This document shows, piece by piece, positions 52,299 to 64,000 of a stretch of 64,000 bases of DNA; positions within the stretch are counted from its first letter, which is position 1, and each line of letters starts with the position of its first letter. The stretch spans positions 123,504,001 through 123,568,000 of the forward strand of contig NC_042998.1 of the NCBI RefSeq assembly GCF_006345805.1, in the 5' to 3' direction. This DNA comes from Octopus sinensis. Taxonomy: Eukaryota. The notes under the pieces were generated by a model. The model had not been told where the DNA came from. It saw only the letters and a list, made by a program, of their open reading frames with translations, and did no database searches. The position numbers and the translations under genes were made by a program.

Positions 52299-55263
52299 TG
52301 TATTTTAAACATGTACGAGTTTTTGAAATTTAGGTGCATTTTTAACAACACATTTTCCCAATGCATAGCGCACTTCACTCTAAAAGCCATACCGAACAAC
52401 TCTGTGAGTTACTGAACACAGAAGTCACTGTAAACATTGCGGTACTAGGTCTGAAAAGTTATGTTGTGCAGTGTAAGGAATGAATACTATCGGCAGCTAG
52501 AGACACCCAAAAAGTGACTGAATCCACGAGGAGAATTCAAAGGCCGTTGTTTCCTTGAATGGGTTCCGTTCTACTGTACCTAATCTCTGTGCACTCAGCG
52601 TTGCATTACAATACCACCTTTTTGGTTATTAGCTCTCAACTGGCAATCGAAGAATGCAGCAGTTTCCACTTACAACTTATAGCTAGATCGTGGTAAACAA
52701 AGCTAGAATGTACTCTGCATGTTGTTGGTTTAGATATACGCTAGTGAATGTATGTGAATCTGTAGTTATTCACAAATCTGCTGTGCTAAGGTGAAAAAGT
52801 TCTTGTCACACAGTAGAAACTCTCTCTACCACACCGACGAATCCAAAAGAAATGAAATGCATGCACTAAATATTCCTGATCGACATTAAAGAGAATGTTC
52901 GTAACTACAAACTGATTTATGTGCTTCGCTTCTGGATGTACCTTCGACGTTTACTATTGAAGTTTTTTCTTTGAATTCATAGTTCGCTCGGAATTAAAGT
53001 CAAAGTTCATACTCTCCTAGTTGGACTGCTGTTTGGGGTGACAAGATCCAGCTACACAAAATACATGAAATGAAATGTCTCTCAGTGGTACCTTTAACCT
53101 TATGGTTTTGAATAATCCAACATCTTTTCCGAAATGTGCCTTACTTTAAACAAGTGTTTATTATTTCGCTAGAAGTAGTTTAGTTGTTATAGCTCGTTCC
53201 GTCTTAGCGTCCATGTTCAGATGTGCGAAATTTTTTATGGTATTTTAATATAACATGTAATTATAGATAAGTTATGAAGAATCATAGAATCATTTCGAAT
53301 TCAGTATGTGTGAGATATTTTCGATATTTTGAATAACGCTGCGGTTCTGCCACGTTATCCGATTTAGAAGCAATTTCAAATTTGATTTAGTTAACTCATT
53401 TTATCACTCTTAAACGAGAAACACTTTGCTAATGTGAAACTCATTGTGGTATAAAAGATTCACTCGTATATATATAAGAAAGAAAGGATTATCTGCATTT
53501 TCATATAGCATTTATTATTTAGCTTTCTTGACGTTCGTCTAAATTCCTTTCCTCATATCTCCGTCGGTGTTGTTTTTTTTCCCTCTTTTTCTTATACCTT
53601 CGAACTGTTTCTCTCTGCTCCGAGCTCTGTGTCTGCACATCCTTTCTCGAGTAACCGCGTTTCTTGTAAATCCAGAGCTCATGCTATATTTACTTTTATA
53701 AACAAATATCATTTTTTAAGCGGGCAGACGATGAATAATTTCGATTATGCGTATGCGATATTCGTAATTAAAAAATTAGTTCACAAAAAACAAAAAAAGA
53801 ATTTTTATTATCAACAAAACACCACCGCTAGCTCTACCGCCACTACCTTCCTCTCTTACTCACTCTCTCAATATAACTGCCTTCTCTGTGCATCCTTTCC
53901 CTTCAGCTAACTTTCTAAGCACGTAATAAGTATTCTTTTCCTCACGCCACCACATGCCAACACTTTTTTCTCCCTCATTTTCTTTCGTCGGTTTTTTTCT
54001 TATCTCGTTCTTCGCCTCTACTTTCAGCTGACCACATGACAATTTGGCCTAAGTGTATTAATGTTAATCACCTGTCTCTACTTCCTCTCTTCTTTTTTCA
54101 CTCCTCCCTCTCTTCCTCAGTGTTACTCCAGCTCTCACTCACTCCACCCTCACTCACCTCATCTCTCACTCTCCCCACCTCTCACTCACTCCACACCCAC
54201 CTCCACCTTTCTAACTAACTAATACATAACGGGCGAACGAGCAAACAGATTACTATATAGATACTCAATGCTAATTTAAGCAAAGCGCTATAAATATAGT
54301 TTCCCAAAACAATTCTATAGACTGTGTAGAATAACAGTAATATATATACTACATTTACGAAGGAAGATTATATTTAAAGTGACAAATTTATATTTTTGGC
54401 AAATATATATGTTTGTATATTTGAAAAATATTATACTAAATTTGTTAATTCATGTGCATACCTGTAATATTCTTAATTTTATAACAGACGGTGTTACTTT
54501 CTCCAAAACATCTACTCTACACAATTCATTGCGGAATAACTACGTTTACTCTGTTTCCTCGCTCAAATATCGGTAAAACAAAGTCAAAAACGAAACGCAG
54601 TATATTATTTTTATGTGACAATATTGATTCAGAGAAACAAACTTGTATAGGTCGGCAATTTTGAACATATTAATACACACATTATATATCTATCTTCAGC
54701 ATATTCATGGTAGGACTATTTCATGATTTTATTTGTTGATACGCCAGTGTTTGATTTATTATTTGAAACACAACTATTATTATTGTTAATCATGATGATG
54801 ATGATGATGACTCCAGGAAATACAACAAAACCTATGATAAACTGAATAATAATCATGATAAAAAATAGTAATAATTCAAATATATAATAACCATAATAAT
54901 GATTATTTTATTATGTATTGTATTACAAAATAATGTATAAAATAATAAAAACGGCTTATACGTTACTATACTGAGCAATGCGCAATATAATCAACTTAAG
55001 ATTGGTAAGGGTTATTCATACTGCATATTTTGCTAAACAAATCTATCCTTAGCGTTATTTTTTTGATAAAAAAAACTTTATATTGTACAAATTTTATCAG
55101 GACAGTCATAATAACATAGAAACAAGAAAAAAAGTAAATAATCAAGTAGAGTATGAAGCTGCAAATGCATTTTTTAAACATTATATGTTAGGGAACATCA
55201 GTTGACAAAAACCTCAAATAACATCAAATACTGAAATAGAAACTAAAGGGTGCTAAAGCGGGG

Positions 55264-55308
<45 letters not shown>

Positions 55309-55326
55309 GCATGTATGTATTTATGT

Positions 55327-55398
<72 letters not shown>

Positions 55399-55904
55399 CG
55401 CAAGTGTGTGTATGTATATGCGTATATTTGTGAGTCAATATGTATACGTCCTTGTTTGTGTATAAATATATATTTATGAATATACTTAAATACATATGCA
55501 TATGCAAATATGCGTACATATACTTGTTTTATCACATTACTCTTGAACTATACATTAGTAGATTGATGGGAACAAAAAGGATTCGTAGATGGGGTTTAAT
55601 ATATTCACAATGGAATACACATTATATTTCAAAGTATCTTTTTATCTTAACATGTCGCTTTTTTATTTATTGTTATGTAATTTTTATCTCTTTGATCTCG
55701 TCTTTTTTCTGTATGAAGTTATTATTGCTTTCCTGTGTGTATTTCATCATATCGCATCGTAGAGCGTAACGGGAATTCACTACGATCCAAATATGTGTGA
55801 GGTTAACATATTTTTGAATTCATTTCCTTTCAGTTACATTGAAAAATACCCATGCAAAAAAAAATCGTAATGGTATGCCTTCTGCTTTTCTTGATACACA
55901 TACG

Positions 55905-56110
55905 CTCTAATATTGGTAAGGCCAGCAATTTCGAGAGAGTGGAACAATCACTTACATAAACCCTAGTGCTCAGCTGGTACTTATTGTATCGAAACCGAAA
56001 GGTAAAAAGTAAATTCTATCTGAAGTGGAATTTGCACCCAGAAGGTAAAGACAGGCGAAATCCTGTTAAGTGTATTGCCCGGTGTGCTAACGATTCTACC
56101 AGCTCGCCAC
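55905..56110 (-). mobile_element. Old SINE A copy
   Basis: ...GGAATTTGCACCCAGAAGGTAAAGACAGGCGAAATCC...GCCCGGTGTGCTAACGATTCTACCAGCTCGCC. Confidence 0.8.
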
Positions 56111-56224
56111 GTTCAAATGCTCTAATATTGTACACTATCAAAATGATACCCGTACTGGATAAAACCAATAATGTAAAAATGCTATGCAAATTACTTACCT
56201 AATTTGAAATGTAATATAGATTCT

Positions 56225-56450
56225 GCCGAGCTGGCAGAATCTAAAACACAACGGACAAAATTCCTAGCGGTGTTTCATCGGTCTTTACGTTCTGAGTTAA
56301 AACTCCGCCGAGGTCAACTCTGCCTTTCATCTTTTCGGGGTCGATTAAAAAAGTTTAAATAAGTACCAGTTACGTACTAGGCTCAATGTAATCGACTTAA
56401 CACTCTCCCCTAAACTGCCCTTGTGGCAAAAGTTTGAAACCTTTATTAGT
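56225..56450 (+). mobile_element. SINE A copy
   Basis: GCCGAGCTGGCAGAATC...CGTTCTGAGTTAAAACTCCGCCGAGGTCAACTCTGCCTTTCATC. Confidence 0.85.
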
Positions 56451-56457
56451 ATTATTT

Positions 56458-56880
56458 TATTGTCTTTGCACAGCTTCTAAAGCTGCAGATGTGCTACGGT
56501 GTCAGTTGTTCACTACCAGTGAACTAAGGTAACACCCCTTATTTTTCGAGCACCATCCGGAGTATTGGAGCGGTTCCAAGCACTACTGTTTTCTGCAAAT
56601 GCTCCACGCTTATTGCAGTCCTTATTTGTTCCACGTACTTCTCAAGATTTTTACTCACCGTTCTCAGAGCTCCAACAATTATTGGTCTATTACCACATTT
56701 TTCAGCGATCACAACTGCTTAATGTCCCAAGCTAACCTATTATATCTATCGACTTTTCTTTCTTCCTTATCGCACAACTTGTTTTCAGTTAGGCATGTTA
56801 TATCTAAGATCCAGCATCATTTCCTTTCTTTCTCAATTAAGACTATGTCTGGTTTCCTATTCACTGTCTCATGCTCGCAT
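56458..56880 (-). mobile_element. Dong-clade 3' fragment (REL endonuclease and 3' UTR)
   Basis: NRKPDIVLIEKERK*CWILDITC...KVDRYNRLAWDIKQL...IIVGALRTVSKNLEKY...LQKTVVLGTAPILRMVLEK*; starts directly after an (AAT)n array on its own strand. Confidence 0.9.
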
Positions 56881-56881
56881 T

Positions 56882-56912
<31 letters not shown>

Positions 56913-56976
56913 TTATTATTATTATTATATTATTATTATTATTATTATTATTGTTGTTGTTGTTGTTGTTATTATT

Positions 56977-57361
56977 GAGTGTGACAGCAGGGCATGCCAT
57001 CAAAGTGACACTGGGTTACAATTTATACGAAGCTCAATATACTCATTATGACTACTCGTCTGATAAAGGTATACCAGGTACATGCATCACAACCACATAT
57101 GCGCGACATTGTGATCTCATATCAAGATAAACAGCGCATGATCTAAGCAAGTGGGGCCTAGTTAGAATTTTCTTCCGGCTGAATAACCCATCCCGTCCAA
57201 AAGGTCACTGCATAAGATTTGTTTGAGGACGATGAACGAAACACTCCTGTTTCAGGAGGTGAATTATTCAAACCCCAAAGAATGTCCCTCAACACATAGC
57301 TATGATGCTCCCCAACTACTTCTGTTCGTGATCAGAGATGCATATATCGTCAGTCACTAAG
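56977..57361 (-). mobile_element. 3' two-thirds of the 555-bp element with (AAT/AAC) tail
   Basis: Reverse-complement match to about 7560-7941. Confidence 0.9.
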
Positions 57362-57905
57362 AATATTCGGGGATCATAGGGGCATGCACCATCAACTATA
57401 CAGCATATGAGGTAGGCCTTGTCCACTACCTCCAGGTCCGGTCTGTTATGCTCTACCACCTGATCTGTTTGGGTTGGAAAATCCCATAGTATTTTGCTAG
57501 TCTCCCAACTCCACCACTCCTCTCTGTAGTTCGTGCTCATACCCGTCTTTCCTCTCTCTAACCTCCACTTTTTGCACATCTTCCAATGCAACACCTTCTG
57601 TACTTGATCGTGTCGCTACAACTTGTAGTGGTTTGGGGCAAGTCTAGGGCATTCTGTCGACATATGGGCAAGGGATTCATCCACTTTATTGCAGATGCGG
57701 CAAAGCGGAGGCACTTTCCTCGTTTTATCATCCCTCTTGTGTCAGGGGCTTTTGCTCCATGTCTCTAGGAGATCCACATCAATTTCCACTATGGTGGGTA
57801 GCAAGGAAACCCATTATAGCTATCTCAGTGCAAAGATAACTTACTTTTCTTCTTCCTCGTGCCAGTTGATCTTTCGTTTAGTGAAGCACCTATTCTTGTA
57901 AGATG
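57362..57905 (-). mobile_element. Dong-clade fragment (CCHC knuckle to start of endonuclease)
   Basis: CRICNKVDESLAHMSTECPRLA...RHDQVQKVLHWKMCKKW...ILWDFPTQTDQVVEHNRPDLEVVDK...DGACPYD. Confidence 0.9.
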
Positions 57906-58689
57906 ACGTTTCTTTACATGTCTTCTGCAAATGAAATGTTTTGACATCAACGGTAATTTTATATGTGGTTAAAACAGCATTTAACTTGCATTCAAAACAT
58001 TAGGTGTGTGTGTGTTTATGTGCACGCGCGTGAATATTGTCTTGATTTCAAAACTTATTTTTTTGCTTTGAAATACTGTTTTACTTTCTTGATCATTTCT
58101 TGAATTTGTTTCTTCTAATTCTCCTCGATTACAGCAATGATCTGCTCGACATTACCTTCAGGAGGACGTTTCCAAACGGGAAGGACAATTTTGAAGTGTC
58201 ATTACACGAGAAAAGACGAATAGAAATATTGAAAAAAAAAATCTAAGTTGAATTTCATCGATCGAACCGTGCCACTACAATTTCTGGGTTTTTGCCTTGC
58301 AGTATAAGAAATCGTCATTATCTTCAATAGCCAATATTTTTCCACTTTGAATAAGCTCATCTTAATTATGTAATTATTTTCTTTTTTTTTGGGGGGGGGG
58401 TGAGAGTGTTAATGTGCTGTTACGGTCATTTATGTTGTTTCTTGTGGGTGCTTTATTTTCTGACGAGCAGCCACCATATATTGAATGTAAACAAAGTAAA
58501 TGTATGTTTGAAAATATTCAGAACTCATGTCTAAAAGGTATGGTAAGACGAATGAAATACTACAATTCCCTAGAGGAATTTATTCAAAATCCTTTTTTTA
58601 TTTTTCTTCACCTGCCCTCACTCCATGGAAGAAGCACAAGTACTGCTGAATCGTTTAAAACCACGCAACTACAACAGCAAAACAACAAT

Positions 58690-59200
58690 AATAATACAAG
58701 TTTAGGTAGAAGGCCAGCAATATCGAGGAAGGGATTACATCAACCACAGTGTTTAACTCGTACTAATTTTATCAATCCTAAAAAGCAGATTTTGAACTCA
58801 GAAGGTAAAGATAGACGAAATACCGTAACCATTTTCCCTGGTGTCTAACGGTTCTTTTCTAATCTAGGCACAAGGCTCGAAATTTTGGGGAAGGAAGCCA
58901 GTCGATTAAATCGACTCCAGTGTGGAACTGGTACTTAATTTATCGACCCCGAAAGGATGAGAGGTGAAGTCGACCTCGGGGAAATTTGAACTCAGAACGA
59001 AATATCGCTAAGCATTTCGCCCGGCATGCTAACGGTTCTGCCATCCCGCCGCCTTAGCAACAATAATAATACTTTCAAATTTTGGTACACGGCCAAACAT
59101 TTTAGACGTAGGGAGGGTTGTTCAATTATACAGATTCCTTTATTTTATGCTGGTACTTTATTTTATCAACCTGGAGAGAATGAAAAACAAACTTTGAAAA
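58690..59200 (-). mobile_element. Cluster of three SINE A copies (old 58690-58852, younger full 58853-59056, old 3' part 59075-59200)
   Basis: The middle copy has CTAGGCACAAGGCTCGAAATTTTGGGG...AATTTATCGACCCCGAAAGGATG...CATTTCGCCCGGCATGCTAACGG; the flanking copies are more diverged. Confidence 0.78.
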
Positions 59201-59459
59201 ACAAGTCTGTATCATTGGAAGTACGCCGAAGAGGCTGCCGCTCATATGCCAACACTAGATGCAACCCCAAAATAGTTGGAAAGGAATAGCTCGTTTACAT
59301 TTGTAGGACTGAATGTCCAGAGCCATCCTCATCCATTGATAACTATTTGAAATAGGTAGAAGCAAAGAACACTCAACAGCTATATATAAGCATATAAGCA
59401 TATACATGTCTGATATTTACATTTTTGCGTAATTTAGACAATAAATTAACCGCACTTAC

Positions 59460-59475
59460 TGTGTATCTGTGTGTG

Positions 59476-59537
<62 letters not shown>

Positions 59538-59655
59538 TGTCTACACACGCATATATACCGATATATACAGACATACATAGACTAACACAAAAATATATGT
59601 TTAAATACATACATACTTTCATGTATGTATGTATGTATGTATGTATGTATGTATG

Positions 59656-59709
<54 letters not shown>

Positions 59710-59730
59710 CAAATATACATATATATGTAC
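59460..59730. repeat. Compound (TA)n/(ATGT)n microsatellite
   Basis: Direct reading. Confidence 0.9.
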
Positions 59731-60049
59731 TGGCTTCTGGCTATTTTATCTAATATTTCTATAGAAAAACTTTTAATCAGTATTAGCTACCGATCTGTTA
59801 TTGCTATTAAATCATCTATGACAAACAGTTTACTCTGATCAAATACCAAAACGAAGCTCCTATTTTAAATTAGCAAATGCCCGATTAGATTTTTCACTGA
59901 AGCACAAAAACCTTTTCTAAATTTAACCAATTACGGATATACACTTTCTAATATATTGGGAAAATCGAATGAAATCTTGAAGATATGAGTGTGTTTTTTC
60001 TTGAATTTATCAACACAATTCTATTCAGTATCATGAATTATTTTTAGTA

Positions 60050-60375
<326 letters not shown>

Positions 60376-63300
60376 CCTTTGCACAGCTTCTAACGCTGGA
60401 GATGTACTACAATGTCAGCTGTTCACTACCAGTGAACTAACCTAACACCTCTTATTTTTCGAGCACCTTCCGTAACATTTCTATTTTCGATAATGCCTTC
60501 AGGTTTGTGGTCGTACCAAATTTTTGCGCCGCTCAAGTCCATAGTTGTTGCAAAGTTATATTGTCGTAGCGTCTCTTATATTCCTTCGGGGATAGTGGTG
60601 TACATTGGCTGGTAATATGCCACACGGTTTCAATGTTTTGTCCACAGTTGATTCTGCGCTTATCTTTTTCCGCTGTGTTGTCTATTCTGGATTTTATGTA
60701 GTTTGTTCTTAGTGCTTGTTCTTGGGCAGCACAGATTAGAACCTCCATTTCCAGTTTTAAATCAGTTTTAGTCATCCACAGCCATCTTTTTCTCTGTTTG
60801 TCTGCTCTTCAACATCCCTATCCATGCATTCCTTTCTTTACCCACCTATTTTCAGTTTCATTGGTTTTTCAATTTCTTGTATAGTACTTTATCTTTCAAA
60901 TCTTTCGTCCTACAAAAGCCTGAACGTCTTACGTCTACTAACAGCGGTTCTGTAGCATTTTCTACATACCGTGCTATGTTGTTTTCTTCTGCTATAATGC
61001 TGTGTTCGCTTCCAATAAGTCCTCTTCCCCTTAGTTTTCCTGGTACATCTAGTTAGCAACTTCCTTGTCTTTCTGTCTAAGCTGTTTAGTTCGTCTACTG
61101 TCCATGCGATTACCCCTGCTCCATATCTAAGGAGTGACACAGCCCAGGTGTTGATAGCTTCCATCTCACTCTGTCCGTTTAATTTCGTCGTTAGGATCAG
61201 TCTCAGTCTGCGCAACACTCCACCTTAAATTTTTCTGTCATTTCTTTCTCCATCAATGCATCCACTTCCAAAATCCCCAAGTACTTATAGTCCGTTTCTT
61301 CTGTCTGCTTCATCACCTCCCCCGATGGTATCGTTAGTCCGTCCATACATTTGATTTCGCCTCTCTTCAAGACTAACACACCACACTTTCTCAGTCCGAA
61401 TTCCATTTTGATATCAGCACTGAAGTTATACACTGTATCAATGAGAGAACTGACTTGGGCTTCATCTTTACCATAAAGTTTGAGATCATCCATGAATAAC
61501 AAATGGTAGACATTTTGTTGGCGGCTTTTTGAATACACACCTCGCTTTTGCTTTCCTCACTATCAGTGTCAATGGTATCAAACACAATACAAAGATCAGT
61601 GGGGACAGGCAGTCTCCTTGGAAGATAGCCCTCCTAATTTCTACTGTCCCTAAATGTCTTCTGTATGATAACAGGTCCGTCCTCCAATTCGCCATACTTT
61701 TTCCAAGAAATCGCTCAACATTCGATGCAATTCCAAATAGGTTCATACACTCCATAATCCAAGAATGTGGGATCATATCGTACGCCTTACGATAGTCGAT
61801 CCATGACATGGCTAAGTTAATTTTCCTCCTCTTGCAGTCTCTCAATACAGTTTTCTCTATCAAGTGTTGATCCTTCGTACCTCTTCACTCACGCTTGCAA
61901 CCCCTCTGCTTATGTGGCAGGACTCCATTTTTTCTAAATATTCGTACATTGACCCTGCGAGTATTCCAGTCAATAACATCCACATAAATAGCAAACAGGT
62001 TGTCTACCTCTAATCGTCTACCGTATTGCCTTTTTCGATGTTTTTCAAGCACATGACTCTCCTATCCAATGTCAACCAATCCCTATGTTATATGACCGGT
62101 ATTTAACAAGGTGTTGAGTTGCGTAGATGTTCGTGCATGGCATTCACCAAATCTTTTGATTCAGTAGCCTTGAACTCCATCTAGTTCCGGGGGCTTCCAG
62201 TTGCTCATTTTCTTTGCTGATTTCCTTCACTTCCCTAGCTGAAACGACAAGTTCAGCCTATTTTAGATAGACTACTGTTTGTTTCAGTTATTGCAACCAT
62301 TCAGCATCCTTCTTGTGCTCCTTGCCTTTGCTCGAGATGTCAATCCAAAACCTTTGACTTTAAATGTTATCTGGTATCAATTTCCATCTGTACACCCTCT
62401 ATTTGTTTTTTTATAGAATCTCTTCTGATCTTCTCTGAATAACCTCTTCTTTATTTGGTCTTATCTTACCATCTTTGTTTTCTTTGCAACGATGCGCTGT
62501 TTCAGTTCCTTCATTACCATTTTCAGGCCTTTTCTTTCAATATCATACTTCCTGTTCAGTGCCACGTATTTTTGTTCGCTTTTAAACCCCCCTTTCTCTT
62601 TTCGGTCTAACACAGAAATGTCTTTCGAGAGCATATCTAACCCCGCCTGTATTCTTCTTTTCCTCTATGGATCTCATCTTTTGTCACTCCCATTATATTT
62701 GTTTCTTGACACCATCACCCTTATTTTCTGCTACAACAATACTTGCTACTTTGATCAAATTATTTGTTTCTGGGATTTTTTTGTTCTGGTATATTTCAGA
62801 ATTTTATTGACATTTTGCTTTTCTTGGTTTAATTTCCACCGATCAACCTTTTTAAGTTTGCAAATAATTTTACTGTCTGTGTCTTGTAGTCTTGCCTTTT
62901 TTGCCCATCTGTCATGTCGGTATTAGTTTGATTGACTTCTTCCAAACCATCTATGTCTCTCTCGATACACGCAACCACTGTTCCTTTCCGGTAGCTTATT
63001 AGAGATTCCACCTCTGTTGTCTGCTATGAGATTACTTTTCTAAGTAGGAACTGTATTTTCATCCTTTCCACTGCCGCTGGTTTCCAGTACCTGTGTTTTT
63101 TTTGACAGCTCCGATCTCTACTTCTGTGAACCAACAATTTTTTCTTATTGGTCACATACTTTCTGCTCCGTGAGTTGGAACAATACTCTTTCTCTTCATT
63201 GATCACGTATACGTTGTCAGTATACCCTAAGATGAACACCCTTTTCCTCTACGCGGTTGCCCAGGTAGTAACACTCCATGACCACTGCATTGACTTGTTT

Positions 63301-63480
63301 GTTCCATCTACGCTGTGTGTGCTGGTCCCTTGCTGGATAACAACAGACTGGAGTCGGACCAGTATCTCTGAGCCTACCAAATGCAACACTGTCACCATCA
63401 AGCGCTTCAGTTTCATTACCACTGTTATTCTCAATATTTTGTTTTTTTCATCGTCACTCATATGAGGTAGCGATTATCAG
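60376..63480 (-). mobile_element. Near-full-length decayed R4/Dong-clade LINE lacking the endonuclease core
   Basis: N-terminal RWNKQVNAVVMECYYL...TEQKVCDQ; RT motifs [41 protein letters not shown] and YKYLGILE; AINTWAVSLLRYGAG; ICAAQEQALRTNY; knuckle remnant CGQNIETVWHITSQC; 3' UTR shared with 10288 and 56460. Many stops and frameshifts. Confidence 0.92.
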
Positions 63481-64000
63481 GATGCGCAATTACCAGTGTT
63501 ATTATCGTGACACCATCACTAGATGTATCAACAATCAGAGAATAGGGATATTCCAAACGCCTCCTTTCATTATTATTATTGTCATCACTGAAATTTTAAT
63601 TTTCATTTTTTTAAAAATATTTGTCATTGTTAATATTTCCTCTGATCCGACATAGGTTTTGGCTAAACTGTTATTATCATAATTATTATCATCACTATTA
63701 TTACCATCACTATTATAATTTCCATTTATTATTAGAAAGGTATCAGTAAATGTTGCTTAGTTCCAATCTTTGTCTTGTACTGAAGATAATCGTAAGTATG
63801 TGAAGGTTTAAAGGAATAGTAGGAGCAAGAGAAGCAGCTTGGTGAATTGATTAAAGTCCACAGGTCTGTAAATAGATTCGGTAGATGGTGAAGATATAGG
63901 CAATGGACATTCCTTCCTGTTTGATAAAGAGACAAAAGAGGCCTCACACCCTTGGGGTCAGCGAAGGTTAAATGTGTGTACTACTACTAGCGATCAATGA

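Noticed and set aside
53620-54270. Pyrimidine-rich (CTCA-like) tract ending near ACGGGCGAACGAGC, possible Helitron 3' end
   Set aside because: No clear TC start, CTRR end or second copy in the window.
63730-63960. Possible RT domain-1 relic on the minus strand (IYRPVDFNQFTKLL, cf. YRPISLL...KLL)
   Set aside because: A single weak motif near the window edge.

Overview
Eukaryotic, strongly AT-rich, repeat-dominated DNA with no confidently identifiable host gene. The SINE types and microsatellite density suggest an octopus or other coleoid cephalopod, but this is inference and not a database result. All recognisable protein similarity belongs to decayed transposons: about a dozen R4/Dong-clade non-LTR fragments (including one near-full-length copy), RTE, CR1, Tx1/L1 and Penelope-like fragments, two mariner/Tc1-type elements and a Helitron-like insert. 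Two tRNA-derived SINE families (called A and B here) and many microsatellites fill much of the rest. Most ORFs in the supplied track are microsatellite artefacts or transposon pieces. The main unexplained signals are three. (1) Minimal hammerhead-ribozyme-like motifs, most in inverted-repeat arrangements; one family carries a tRNA-Thr-derived Pol III head and sits as a head-to-head dimer at 3.9-4.4 kb. (2) A discrete 555-bp non-coding element embedded in (AAT)n arrays that forms reciprocal chimeras with Dong-like LINEs. (3) Clustering of Dong-like insertions in AAT microsatellites. All alignments and translations were done by eye, so boundaries are approximate unless a junction is quoted.
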